A stretch of 64,000 bases of DNA, taken from contig OX597822.1 of the NCBI GenBank assembly GCA_951406725.2, positions 53,072,001-53,136,000 of the forward strand. The letters run 5' to 3'. Below, piece after piece: positions 12,362 through 24,320 of this stretch. Source of the DNA: Octopus vulgaris. Its lineage: Eukaryota. The notes under the pieces were generated by a model. That model ran no database searches. It saw only the letters and a list, made by a program, of their open reading frames with translations, and was not told the origin of the DNA. A program made the translations under genes and the position numbers. How positions within the stretch are numbered: the stretch's first letter is position 1; each line of letters opens with the position of its first letter.

Positions 12362-12929
12362 CTGAAACTATTATTTATGCAACGAACGCACTCATTCTTT
12401 TTTACTTATATATATATATATATATATACGTACGTATGCGTATACATATATCAGGTGTATCCGTAATCAAATATATATATGCATGGGCATAGGTGCGCAT
12501 TGTTACATTCACATCTTTTAAACCACATATTCACACACGCTAGGACTCGCGTATATGAACAAGCTGATACACAAGAGACCAAGGAACACATACACATCTA
12601 ACTTAACTTGTCTTCGCTGCTCTAGCTCTTCTAGAAACTTCAGTTGCCATCACAGCTACATCCCTTCTCGCAAGTATTGTCTTAACAGCTTCATTTCAGT
12701 GTTCATCCGGCTTCACATCTACATCCTAAAATTCTTCTTTTCTCACAAGTACATCACTGTTTAGCTATGTTGTCAACCCTACAGCTTTTCTCACAACACC
12801 AACTGTCCTCACTACAACTATTCAATGTGAACATACAAATAAGTGTGTATTTAAGTGTATGAATACAATTCAATTAGCTGTGATTCTTTGAAATACGTAT
12901 TATGAAATATTCGGAATTGTTTAAATATT

Positions 12930-13070
12930 GATTTCAAATATTGGCACAAGGCCAGCAATTTCGGAGGTGGGTGGGGTAAGTCGATTACACCGACCCCAGT
13001 GTTCAACTTGTACTTATTCTATCGATCCCGAAAGGATGAAAGGCAAGGTCAGCCTCGGCGGAATTTGAAC
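12930..13070 (-). mobile_element. SINE fragment (Nin/Deu-type core)
   Basis: GTACTTATTCTATCGATCCCGAAAGGATGAAAGGCAA core. Confidence 0.7.
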
Positions 13071-13129
13071 TATTTATATATTAAACGTTGTTAGAAGAGG
13101 TATTTGAAATACTTCTATTTACTTGAGAG

Positions 13130-13514
13130 GGGAGGCGCAATGGCCCAGTGGTTAGGGCAGCGGACTCGCGGTCATAGGATCACTGTTTCGATTCCCAGAC
13201 CGGGCGTTGTGAGTGTTTATTGAGCGAAAACACCTGAAGCTCCTCGAGGCTCCGGCAGGGGGTGGTGGTGATCCCTGCTGTACTCTTTCACCACAACTTT
13301 CTCTCACTCTTACTTCCTGTTTCTGTTGTACCTGTATTTCAAAGGGCCGGCTTTGTCACTCTCTGTGTCACGCTGAATATCCCCGAGAACTACGTTAAGG
13401 GTACACGTGTCTGTGGAGAGCTCAGCCACTTACACGTTAATTTCCCGAGCAGGCTGTTCCGTTGATTCGGATCAACCGGAACCCTCGTCGTCGTAACTGA
13501 CGGAGTGCTTCCCA
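13130..13514 (+). mobile_element. tRNA-derived SINE family B (tail type 1) with 13-bp TSD
   Basis: GGAGGCGCAATGGCCCAGTGGTTAGG head; TSD ATTTACTTGAGAG at 13117-13129 and 13515-13527. Confidence 0.92.
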
Positions 13515-13569
13515 ATTTACTTGAGAGCAACTAATGCTGCAGTGTGTTTCAAATTTTTTTTATACTTAC

Positions 13570-13593
13570 GGCGGTCATGTTTCGAGAAGAAGT
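13570..13593 (-). CDS. Candidate 24-nt microexon of WSC gene
   Basis: Strong tttttctttctctttaccttgcag acceptor and gtaagt donor; phase 1-1; (H)FFSKHDR. Confidence 0.5.
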
Positions 13594-13725
13594 CTGCAAG
13601 GTAAAGAGAAAGAAAAATACATCTAAAAATATGCTGCAAGTTATACTGTCTTTATATAGATTAAACGAGAAGAAATGTACATGGTTGCGAGGATTGTTAG
13701 ATGAATCGTATACATAATGAAATAA

Positions 13726-13935
13726 CTCTTTTACTCTTTTACTATTTTACTTGTTTCAGTCATTTGACTGCGGCCATGCTGGAGCACCGCCTTTAGTCGA
13801 CCAAATCGACTCCGGGACTTATTCTTTGTAAGCCCAGTACTTATTCTATCGGTCTCTTTTTGCCGAACCGCTAAGTGACGGGGACGTAAACACACCAGCA
13901 TCGGTTGTCAAGCAATGCTAGGGGGACAAACACAA

Positions 13936-14030
<95 letters not shown>

Positions 14031-14195
14031 TACGACGGGCATCTTTCAGTTCCCGTCTACCAAATCCACTCACAAGGCATTGGTCGGCCCGGGGCCATAG
14101 CAGAAGACACTTGCCCAAGATGCCACGCAGTGGGACTGAACCCGGAACCATGTGGCTGGTTAGTAAGCTACTTACCACACAGCCACTCCTGCACC
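13726..14195 (-). mobile_element. SINE family A
   Basis: Reverse complement of family A with internal (TA)n. Confidence 0.9.
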
Positions 14196-14699
14196 TAACT
14201 GTATAACATCTAAAGATTGTACTGCGTTGCCTGATCACAGTAACAAGTAAAGAAAATATCTAAGAATAATTCCTGAACCATTTTCTTATCAAATTCTCGC
14301 ATCGGTTGAAACATTGTTCCTAATTTACCGGAAAAAATAATTAGCAAATGCAGTGCATAATTAACTTGAATCTAATTGAAAAACTACCTTTTTATATATT
14401 TTCTTTCTTACTTTTATCTCTTTACATATCTCTCAGACTCACTTGCCTGTAAGAATGAGAGATACATTTAGGAATCATCGACGAAACTTCTTTGTGGTCT
14501 TCCGACATGCTAGAAATATCAGCCTAACTTCTCCCTACTCAGAAACTAGAGTCTTAAACAAGTAATGAACACATTAGATGATATAACCTAATATACCGTA
14601 AAAAAGATTGAATTGGCATGGCTAATAAGACTTTGATCACAGGTCTCGTCAATTAGAAGTAAAGTTAATTTTCACTTTTAACATATTAAAAAGTTTTCC

Positions 14700-14700
<1 letters not shown>

Positions 14701-14763
<63 letters not shown>
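14701..14763. repeat. (TAA)n microsatellite
   Basis: Pure ATA repeat. Confidence 0.95.
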
Positions 14764-14766
<3 letters not shown>

Positions 14767-15039
14767 CTGCCTTGATGCAGTACCAAGCACTGGCTCTCAT
14801 GGCTTCTGATCTTGACAGGTTGGAAGTGTTATCAAGTACATGTTTAGTCTTGGTATGAAAGATGGTCTACAACAAACATTCTACTTAATACTTCAGATTT
14901 GCTTGTCAGTTGTTTGGCCATAACCAGTTGAGCATGTCCCTTGGTGGCTGACGGAATGTGCATCTCATATCACGAGAAAAAGTAGAGGGGAAACATCATA
15001 GTCCTGTACTGAGAGAAATTCGTTGGGGTTTGAATAATT

Positions 15040-15460
15040 ACCAGATGACCAGACATTAAAATCATTGAAAAGAGGAGAGAGCTTATAACTATCTAGGAGT
15101 ATTAGAATCTGACAGAGTACTAACAACAGAAATGAAAGCGAAAACTGAGAAGGAGTACATCAGAAGGGTGAGGAAGCTAATGAAGTCAAAGCTAAATGGT
15201 TCGAATCTAGTGAAGGCTGTAAATACTCGGGCAGTATCGTTATTTAGATACTCAGACGCGTTTGTAGTTTGGAAAAAAACTGAATTAGCAAAGCTAAACA
15301 GAATAATTAGGAAGAAATTCAATATGAATGAAGGACTCCACCCAAGAGCAGGAGTTGCAATATTATACCTACATAGGAAGGAAGGCGGAAGAGGGTTAAT
15401 ATCAGTAGTAGAAGACTGCATGGAGTTAGCTAGGGTAGATATGGACTCCTATGTGGGTAA
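15040..15460 (+). mobile_element. Dong/R4-type LINE RT C-terminal fragment
   Basis: YLGVLE..KEYIRRVRKLMKSKLNGSNLVKAVNT..LYLHRKEGGRGL. Confidence 0.8.
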
Positions 15461-15674
15461 TGCTACGAGTTCAGATTCTGCATTCCACCATGACAAAACA
15501 AGTACTAATAACATTGTTAGTACATCGAGGTAAAATTTCTTTAAAGGAATGAAACTTCATTTTCAACCGAGTCACCATTTTTCTTTCTGAATGGACGTTT
15601 CACAGTTAGGAAGCAATATGACGGTGTTAACAAGACATTAGGATGATGGTGAAGAATGCAAATAGCCTACTTAC

Positions 15675-15802
15675 GGTTTTTTAAAAGACTAATCTTTTGA
15701 TATCCTCCACATTCCTGAAATGGATTATCTTCGCACCTTAAAAAACATGGCTCTACTTTAGTATTTTCGGCTGGTCCCTTGTCGACGCAGTGGCAGATAT
15801 TT
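15675..15802 (-). CDS. Exon 3: C-terminal half of first WSC domain
   Basis: gcttaatttag / gtaagt; phase 2 in, 1 out; NICHCVDKGPAENTKVEPCFLRCEDNPFQECGGYQKISLLKN (CxC..C..C..CGG). Confidence 0.85.
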
Positions 15803-16563
15803 CTAAATTAAGCAAACACATGCAGCTTCAATCAAATGATACATAAGTTTACGTTTGTATGTATGCGTCTATATGAGCATGTTTGTGTTGGCATGTATGT
15901 ATGTCATTATTCAATTTTATTTCAAGATTTCTCGCCAATAGAGAAAGAGCCGGTTTCTATCCTAGATACAAAGCTCCTTCATTGGAATTTCAACATCAAC
16001 AGGATATTTTGAAGAGCAGTATGTATATATGTATGTAGTGCTATATTTATATTTGGGTATACACTTTGTAATATGTTGTTTAAAGCCCGTTCACAGTATT
16101 CGACTACCTGATGTCAACAACAATGTGTAGGTATATGCCACTGGATTTATTTCAGGAATTCCTTTGTGTCCATAAAGTTTATGTGAAAAATGAAGGAGAT
16201 GAGATAGAAAATGGAATTCCCAAGACTCTTAATTCAGAACCACTACGATCGTTTCGACCCATCATACCCCGCTACCTTGCAGGTCAGACACTGTACAAAC
16301 AATAGTCATGCATCAAAGGTTCTGATGTGTTTCTTCGGGTGACTTTTAAGCAAGTACCTCAACTTTTACTTGCCGTTTTGCTTATTAGATTTTAGTTAGT
16401 GTATCATACTCCCGTCTCCATAAGGAACTGAGGTATAATAAAAGAATTCTCCTCATATAAGCAATGAAATAAATATTCAAGGATGAAAGAATAAGGGAAC
16501 AAAAAATAAGATAGAATAAAATCTAATACACTGATGATAAGGCAGCACACTTTTGTATGCATG

Positions 16564-16597
<34 letters not shown>

Positions 16598-17062
16598 TGT
16601 ATGTATGTATGTATGTATGTATGTATGTATGTATGCATGCATGCATGCATGTATGTATGTATGTATGTATGCATGTATGTATGTATGTATGTATGTATGT
16701 ATGTATAATTCTATTTCAAATGCTGAATTTACATACTAAACTTTCGTGAAAATTTCGGATATGTATTTTTTCTCTAGAATTTACATCTACTCTAGATGTG
16801 TGAATGTGCGCGCGCGCGCGTGTGTATGTGTGTGTGTGTATGTATGTATGTATGTATGAATATATTATATGTGTGTACGTATGCATGCGTGTGTGTTGTG
16901 TGTGTGTATAGATAGCTGTATATTTAACTCTAAATCCCATAATTAAATGAGGGATTAAATGAGCACCGAAAATGTAACCTTTATATGCATCTGTTAATTT
17001 TCGAACTAATTGCACTCACTATATGCACCAATAAATTAAATCGCTTACTATACATACATACA

Positions 17063-17129
<67 letters not shown>

Positions 17130-17165
17130 GTGTATGTGTGTTATATGCCAACGTGGTAACATATA

Positions 17166-17242
<77 letters not shown>

Positions 17243-17246
<4 letters not shown>

Positions 17247-17385
17247 CGCATATTTGCCATTTGAATATGGCTAAGTACCCATAAGGTGGATGCTACTGTA
17301 GTTTGTAGCCCCAGGAAATATCTCCTCCAGCTGGCTATAGACACACTATCTGTGTCTTCTCAGTATTTGTGAAGGGGAGGATGAC
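17243..17385 (-). repeat. Structured repeat family Y fragment
   Basis: Shares TAGCCAGCTGGA..TTCCTGGGGCTA..CAGTAGCA with 34088-34225. Confidence 0.55.
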
Positions 17386-17391
17386 ATATAT

Positions 17392-17580
17392 ATATATGAC
17401 GGGCTTCTTTCAGTTTCCGTCTACCAAATCCACTCACAAGGCTTTGGTCGGCCCGAGGCTATAATAGAAGACACTTGCCCAAGATGCCATGCAATGGGAA
17501 TGAGCCCGGAACCACGTGGTTGGTAAGCAAGCTACTTACCATATAGCCACTCCTGCGTCTATACCACACAGCCACTCCTG
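17392..17580 (-). mobile_element. SINE family A 5' part
   Basis: Head and core match family A. Confidence 0.8.
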
Positions 17581-17733
17581 TTGATAAATTTTAACAAAAT
17601 CTTATGTAGACCCCCTAGGGTAATGTGGACCCCGGTTGAGAAGTGCTGGTCTAAACAAGCTCCATCAGCAAATTCTGAATGCCAGGTGAGTTTCAACTTA
17701 ACAATCTACTGTTGAGCAATGAATTAACTTTAC

Positions 17734-17878
17734 TTGTATATAATTCCTGCAAATCTTCTCTTCAATTTTCTGCAATGTTTAAAGCACTGGGGATGACCAG
17801 TTGTGAGAGGAATTGATGAATGTTGATAGGCCTCTAGTTCTTCGGCAGCTTTGTTGTAACGATAACAGCCAATATATA
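17734..17878 (-). CDS. Exon 2: N-terminal half of first WSC domain
   Basis: ttctttttacag / gtaaag; phase 1 in, 2 out; YIGCYRYNKAAEELEAYQHSSIPLTTGHPQCFKHCRKLKRRFAGIIY. Confidence 0.85.
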
Positions 17879-18289
17879 CTGTAAAAAGAACACATTGATC
17901 AAGAAGAGTTTAAAACATGAAATAATTCTCTGCAAAATAAATCAAATAAAAAGCTGACAACGTGCCGACATTATTTACTAACTATAGGCTTGTAAAAGCA
18001 AATATTTTATATATGTGCTAGTAAGCAGTTGTAGAAGCAAAGAGAAATCTTGTAGAGTTAGTAGAAGCTAATTTATGTAAAATGTACGAAGTATGCTGGC
18101 AAATGGAGATCGGAGAAAGAAGTACTCAATACAAAACAGAGTGCGATAGTTCATTTAGGCTCCTGAACCAATTCGACTATGACATATCCACGATGTGATC
18201 CAAATAATAGAAGACACACTGTGTGTATGTGTGTGTGAGTGTGTGTGTGTGTGTTGTTGTTGCTGTTGTTGTTGTTGCGTGTGCGTGTG

Positions 18290-18570
18290 TATGAAATGCG
18301 TTCAAAAGATATTCGACTTGACTTTTTTTCCACACTAAAATTAATGTCGTGTGGGGAAAACTACTTGGGTGGGAGGTAAAAGCATCCTTCCTGCGGCGCA
18401 TGCATGAAAATTTTCGAACCGGTAGTTCGAACCTGATTGTTACAAGGTACAGACGTGTAGTGCGTGCTTGTCAGATTTTTTTTTATACGCAAGATAACCA
18501 AACGCATCGAGCAGAGACCATAAACCCATGTGTCATCACCAGTAATGCAGTGATGATGATCCTCATGGTC
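18290..18570. mobile_element. Rearranged mariner remnant
   Basis: [10 protein letters not shown] on minus strand; segments homologous to 39240-39290 and 39760-39810. Confidence 0.5.
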
Positions 18571-18649
18571 TATTTTATACATACATACATACATACATAC
18601 ATACATACATACATACATACATACATACATACATACATACATACATACA

Positions 18650-19735
18650 TGGTGGTAGTCTACTCCTTATGGAAAATCATACCATCTCTTCTACATACAG
18701 CTTAGAGCGATCTTGGGGCCTGATGTAGCTTTTTAAACCAGACAATGTATTGAAAAGACGCCCACATAGTTTGCATATCTGATTTGGACCATCAAGAGCT
18801 GCATTTAAGTTCTGATATCTGTAGATCTTAAAATGCCTTTTGAGGGCCCCGTTAGACTTGCAGACCTTATGGCATACACGGCATTGAAAGGTGTGCACAG
18901 ATATATAGGCAGAATCGTTGATGATGGTTCGTTTTTCATGGGTCCGCCAATGAGATTTGAGCCCAGCAAAAGAAAGGCATGGTTTGTCACAAAATGTGCA
19001 CACAAAAAGGTCACGTAGATTCACCTTCCCGATTGCAACATTCTTCTTTAAATGTCTTTTGAGTCTTGCATGTGTCATCCTAGCCTCCTCAGAAGCTTTC
19101 ACTCCACTCCACATTTTTGTTCCCCACCCAGCTCGATCCGAAGCAAGGGTATCTATGGCCTTTGGATTCATTCTAAGTGACTTTACAGTAGTCCTTGTAC
19201 CGTTCGTAAACCTCTTTTTAGGTTTACACTGATTGCGTTTTCCCCCTGTAAGCTCGCCATAAAACAACTGTTTGGGCGTGCGTTCATCCGCCATTCGAAC
19301 AATATGGCCAGAGCATCTCATCTGATTTTTCTGAAGCATTGATTTAATTGAAGTGATGCCTGCAGACGCAAAGACATCTGTCTGGAGTAAAACAAAAGTC
19401 CCATTTAATTTTCAAAATGTGGCGAAGGCATTTTTGGTGGAATCGTTCTAATAATTTGAAATGTTTTTCACAGCATGTTCATGTTTCAGAAGAGTACAAC
19501 AGGGGTGGTAAGACAAACGATTTGTAAATAGGCAATTTTATGTTGTTATTTATATGTCGTTTGCGCCAAACGCGTGACTCCAAGCTCCAAATGCTTGTGC
19601 TGCCCTTTGAATTCGCAGAAGTATTTCTGTGTCCAGATTTCCATAATTTTGTACAGAGCTTCCGAGGTAGATGAAAGAGATAACAACCTCAAGTAACTTA
19701 TTCATAACGGAAATTCTAGTGGGGTTACAAACAGC
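18650..19735 (-). mobile_element. RTE LINE 3' part with C2H2 zinc fingers and (GTAT)n tail
   Basis: GHIVRMADERTPKQLFYGEL..G.R..PKKRF; three CxxC fingers; ends CCACCAT(GTAT)n. Confidence 0.9.
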
Positions 19736-20834
19736 ATCACCTGTTATTTTACACCTTCTATAAAATAGTTCTTAAATATGTATCAATAGTTCAACAGTTC
19801 TTATATATATAAGTTACATTTTTGAAGACCCTATATTATTGTATAAGTAAACATAAATATAATGACATAGTTATTGTGGAAATGCATAGACTTTAAATAC
19901 AATGTTATAATGAAAACAAAAAGGTTTTATTTAAATAATTTCTTATATTGATTCTATACACACTTCATGAAAATACCAGATATTGGGTATGTCATAGTAA
20001 TCTAAAAGTTGAGGGTATTTTACAAAATGGAAACTCCGTTTAGTTAATTTCATCGGCAAATTTGTGAGTCTATCAATCTATGAAGGTAAAATTTATGTTG
20101 TTCATATGCACTTGGAGATGTTTTCTGAAAATGTGACCATCAATATCGTCATAATTCTAAGACAAGTGCAACAATAAATTTTTACCTCAAAGCTACCCTT
20201 GTCAGACTAGCATCTGAACCCGTGCTGCACATAGAAATAAACGCCATGGGAAACAAACGGCATGAATGTATTGTTATGCCCGTCTTATTTGAAGGTGAAA
20301 TTTATATCTGTCTCAATGTGAGGTGAAATTTGTTTTCCTTAGGGTTTCTGTTGTGTTTTGGACATCAAAACCGTCAAAAAATATTTTATTCTTTTGATAA
20401 ACAACACGTTCAAAATGGAACGAATGCAATTGTAAAAATTTACACACGCGGCTGTACTTTTTACAGCAATAAACAACCCCACAGTTTTCTTCTCATTCTA
20501 GAGCTCTATAAATGCCGCCAAACATCGTCCGAACATCGTTCAACAGGGTTTGATGTAATTGACGGACTCCTCCCACAAAAGTTTCAGGCCTTGTACATAT
20601 GGTAGAAAAGATTTTATGGCTTTGCGGATTAGACAGAGTCAAGGATAATTTTTTTTCTTCTGAACAATGAACTAAATTACTCCAGTGATTAGATACGAAT
20701 TGTATTATATTTATGTATATAGAGAAAACGTAAACTTTTACTATCAATTTTAGAATTATTACATCCGACTTTAGTGGAACAAATATCACGTGAGACCTTT
20801 GTTCAAAAGCTAAATGTTAACATTACAACATTCT

Positions 20835-21025
20835 AAGGTGGCAAGCTGGAAGAATCGTTAGCACGCCGAACAAAATGCTTAGTAGCATTTCTTCCGGTTT
20901 TACATACTAAGTTCAAATTCCGCTGAAGTCACCTTTGTCTTTCCTAATTTCAGGATCGATAAAATAAGTACCAGTTAATCGACCGTCTCCTAGTTCCAAA
21001 TTTTCAGCCCTTATGCCTATTGTAG
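20835..21025 (+). mobile_element. SINE (Nin/Deu-type core)
   Basis: AAGGTGGCAAGCTGGAAGAATCGTTAGCACGCC head, AAATAAGTACCAGTT core. Confidence 0.75.
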
Positions 21026-21220
21026 GCGAGAGCTTACTTGAATAACGACTGATTTCCGACAGTTTTGATGGTAAGATTCATTCAAAACAAATCAAAAGCC
21101 AGAGAAAAAACAAATTTCATCTTCAAATGGTGACGGATGTAATAGCAAAAATTTACAAAAAACGAAAATCGCACAAAGACTCATAATAAAGAAAAGAAGA
21201 TTATGAAATCTTATACTCAC

Positions 21221-21293
21221 TTGGGGTTTTTCCTGCGAGACAATTGACGTAAAATGCGAGTTTTAGTAAAGTTATAAACGAAAGTTTAAACAT
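21221..21293 (-). CDS. Exon 1: signal peptide of a WSC-domain protein
   Basis: [24 protein letters not shown] then A|gtgagt; phase 1 joins exon 2 in frame (GKTPIYIGCY). Confidence 0.75.
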
Positions 21294-21379
21294 TCCGTAT
21301 TTCAGAACACCACATCTGATGCAATACTGAACTTCGAGTTAACAATATGGAGTCGCTTTTCTACGAAGAACGCTATTAC

Positions 21380-21402
21380 ATTGGTTGCTAGGAACGACGT
21401 AA
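21380..21402. promoter_or_regulatory. Putative proximal promoter: CCAAT, RFX X-box-like and CRE-like sites
   Basis: ATTGG, GTTGCTAGGAAC and GACGTAA clustered ~90-110 bp upstream of the ATG. Confidence 0.35.
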
Positions 21403-21428
21403 CAAACAAGGTCGCGTGCACTCCACTT

Positions 21429-21492
<64 letters not shown>

Positions 21493-21740
21493 CACACACA
21501 TACATGTATTCGTGGATATATTCACATACACGCACACATGTACATACATACATACATACATACATATTTGCATGTGTGTAGAGAGAGAAAGATGCGTATG
21601 TATGTGCGTGCGTGTGTGCGTGTGCGCGTGTGTCTACGTATGTATGTGAGTGTATGTCTACCTGTGTATGTATGTATATATATAAGCATGCACTTATATG
21701 CATATATATATATCTATATATATAAATATTTATATATATT

Positions 21741-21786
<46 letters not shown>

Positions 21787-21788
21787 AT

Positions 21789-21853
<65 letters not shown>

Positions 21854-22013
21854 GCCTGTCTACCTATATATGTGTGTATGTAACATATATATGTATGTAT
21901 GTATGTATATATGCATGTACGTATGTATGTATATGCGCAGATTTTTATGTTTTATTATGCATGTATTCTCATGCATTTAGTTACATATCTAGACATGCTC
22001 ATAAATATTTGAA

Positions 22014-22234
22014 TGCTAGACTTCTGGAAAGTTTTACAGATTTTTAGTTCCAGTGATAGATTGGATCTGCAGTCTTCGAATTAGCTTTCCCCTTTTTGGT
22101 TTTGAAAAGCCTAATTTCTCAAGATCGGTATTTAGGCAGTGTGTTGCATAAACCAGCACCGAAATAATTACAGGTATAAACCCGAACTTGTAGTCTGGAT
22201 AGAGTAACTGCAGATTTCTTAATAGTTCAGCGAT
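22014..22234 (-). mobile_element. Dong/R4-type LINE 3' fragment
   Basis: [21 protein letters not shown]; homologous to 55900-56100. Confidence 0.8.
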
Positions 22235-22343
22235 TGTATGTATGTATGTATGTATGTATGTATGTATGTATGTATGTATGTATGTATGTATGTATGTATG
22301 TATGTATGTATGTATGTATGTATGTATGTATGTATGTATGTAT

Positions 22344-22896
22344 GTCAAGTCACTTTCGAGTGCTACTGGTAACATGTAACCCAGTAGAACCTGTTGCATG
22401 GTCGGGTCGTCGGCGACTAAACCGGCAACCCCACCAAGCTTGCTTGGTGAGGAGGGTGTTTATTGGACACCCTGCGGGATGAAAAACAAAACCCGTCAAA
22501 GGGCGGAGGAACTCTTGAAAGTCAACGGCCATCCAATAAATGTCTTAAGGCTGTATCATGCGCAGGGACATAGAAATAATCGGACTGAATACCCAATCGC
22601 GCGGTTAAACCATTGGGAGTGAAGGACTCCTAGTGTTTGTTAGGGCATCCTTCTAGGAGAAGGTAACTCATGTAACTGGGATAACTCCGACATAAAACCT
22701 GCGGCTCTGTGGTTACCGATGTTGTTGGCTTGTTCTTCTTTTCGGATTATGGCTGCTGTTGCTTAGTGAGTGGGATTGACTCAGTGCACAGCCTTTCCTC
22801 ACTTTAAAAAAAATATTCTTGCACAGGCATTGCGCGATAACAACATTGATTAAGCTTCGTGCAATGGCCATACTCGATAACGAGGGGGCAGCCACC

Positions 22897-22899
<3 letters not shown>
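22344..22899 (+). mobile_element. ~550-bp RTE-related non-autonomous element in (TATG)n, copy 1
   Basis: Near-identical to 24321-24875; CTAGGAGAAGG..CTCCGA.ATAAAACCTG matches the RTE 5'UTR; CCACCAT 3' end. Confidence 0.8.
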
Positions 22900-22929
<30 letters not shown>

Positions 22930-22931
22930 TG

Positions 22932-22993
<62 letters not shown>

Positions 22994-23084
22994 TGTATGT
23001 ATGTATGTATGTATGTATGTATGTATGTATGAATGTATGTATGTATGTACATGTGTGTGTGTGCGTGTATACTTTTCTATTTTT

Positions 23085-23810
23085 ATTCATTTGGAGTCTC
23101 CTTTAAGGAAGGAGCTGGTTTCTAACAAGAATACAAAGCTCCATCGTTGGCTAATATATAACAAAACAGCATCATATTTTAAACTGTATCGCTTACAGAT
23201 TGTATTCTTAATGTGCGTGTTAGCTGGTTGGACCAGTCTTTGAGAACTAACTTTTCCTGATTGTCCTTTAAGCATTTCCTCACAAAATCAAATGTACCGG
23301 TTATTATTGGTATAAATGAGAACTTCTAATTTGGGTACAGAAGCTGAAGTCTTCGAAGCTGCTGGCCGTAGTACCCTCTTTCTCTTTGATGTTCTAGGTG
23401 ACATCCACGTCGGCAAGGCAGGTAATCTCTTTGGAGGTACACAATATTTTACGTCTGTCTCAAACTACGATATCCGATCTGTTATATTTGCTCTTAGTAG
23501 CAGTATATTTCTTCTATTGATGTTTATGCATATTTTCAATAATAGGGGGTGTTTTCAATATTTATACTCGGAGTCTGTTTTTTAGATGGCATTCAATATT
23601 GTTTTAATCATGTCGCATTGAGAAGTACCACCTTACTGATATTTTTGTGTAGCTGATGATGATATGGGTGATGTCTTTAAGAGAAATGTGACGTAATAGA
23701 CAGTTTTGGTTGTATCTCGGATTCCCAAGGGATTTGCTACGTATTTTGTTTATTAGGCAATTTGTAGCTATCACTTGCACTTGGATTTCAAATCCATAAC
23801 GTTCGAAGTG
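23085..23810 (-). mobile_element. Dong/R4-type LINE 3' part (RLE domain), decayed
   Basis: DRRKILCTSKEITCLADVDV..KEKE..LRRLQLLYP; 3'UTR shared with 56140-56185 and 15940-15990. Confidence 0.75.
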
Positions 23811-23912
23811 TCATGTGTAGTTGCAATCACGGGTACGAGAAAGGTATTAGTGTCGTTTTCAAGTCTTCGAGAAACATACGCATGCGTAATGTTTTTAGTG
23901 CACTGAATGGTA

Positions 23913-24260
23913 CGTACGTACGTACGTATGTATGTATGTATGTATGTATGTATGTATGTATGTATGTGTGTATGTATGTATGTATGTATGTATGTATGTA
24001 TGTATGTATGTGTGTATGTGTGTATGTATGTATGTATGTATGTATATACGTGTGTACGTACGTACGTATGTATGTATGTATGTATGTATGTATATATGTA
24101 TGTATGTATGTGTGTATGTATGTATGTGTGTATGTATGTATGTATGTATGTATGTATGTATGTATGTATGTATGTATGTATGTATGTGTGTGTGTACGTA
24201 TGTACGTATGTATGTATGTATGTATGTATGTATGTATGTATGTATGTAGGTATGTATGTA

Positions 24261-24309
<49 letters not shown>

Positions 24310-24320
24310 ATGTATGTTTA
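23913..24320. repeat. (TATG)n/(TG)n compound microsatellite
   Basis: Direct reading. Confidence 0.95.

Noticed and set aside
21221-21232. 12-nt microexon
   Set aside because: Better explained as the end of the signal-peptide exon starting at 21293
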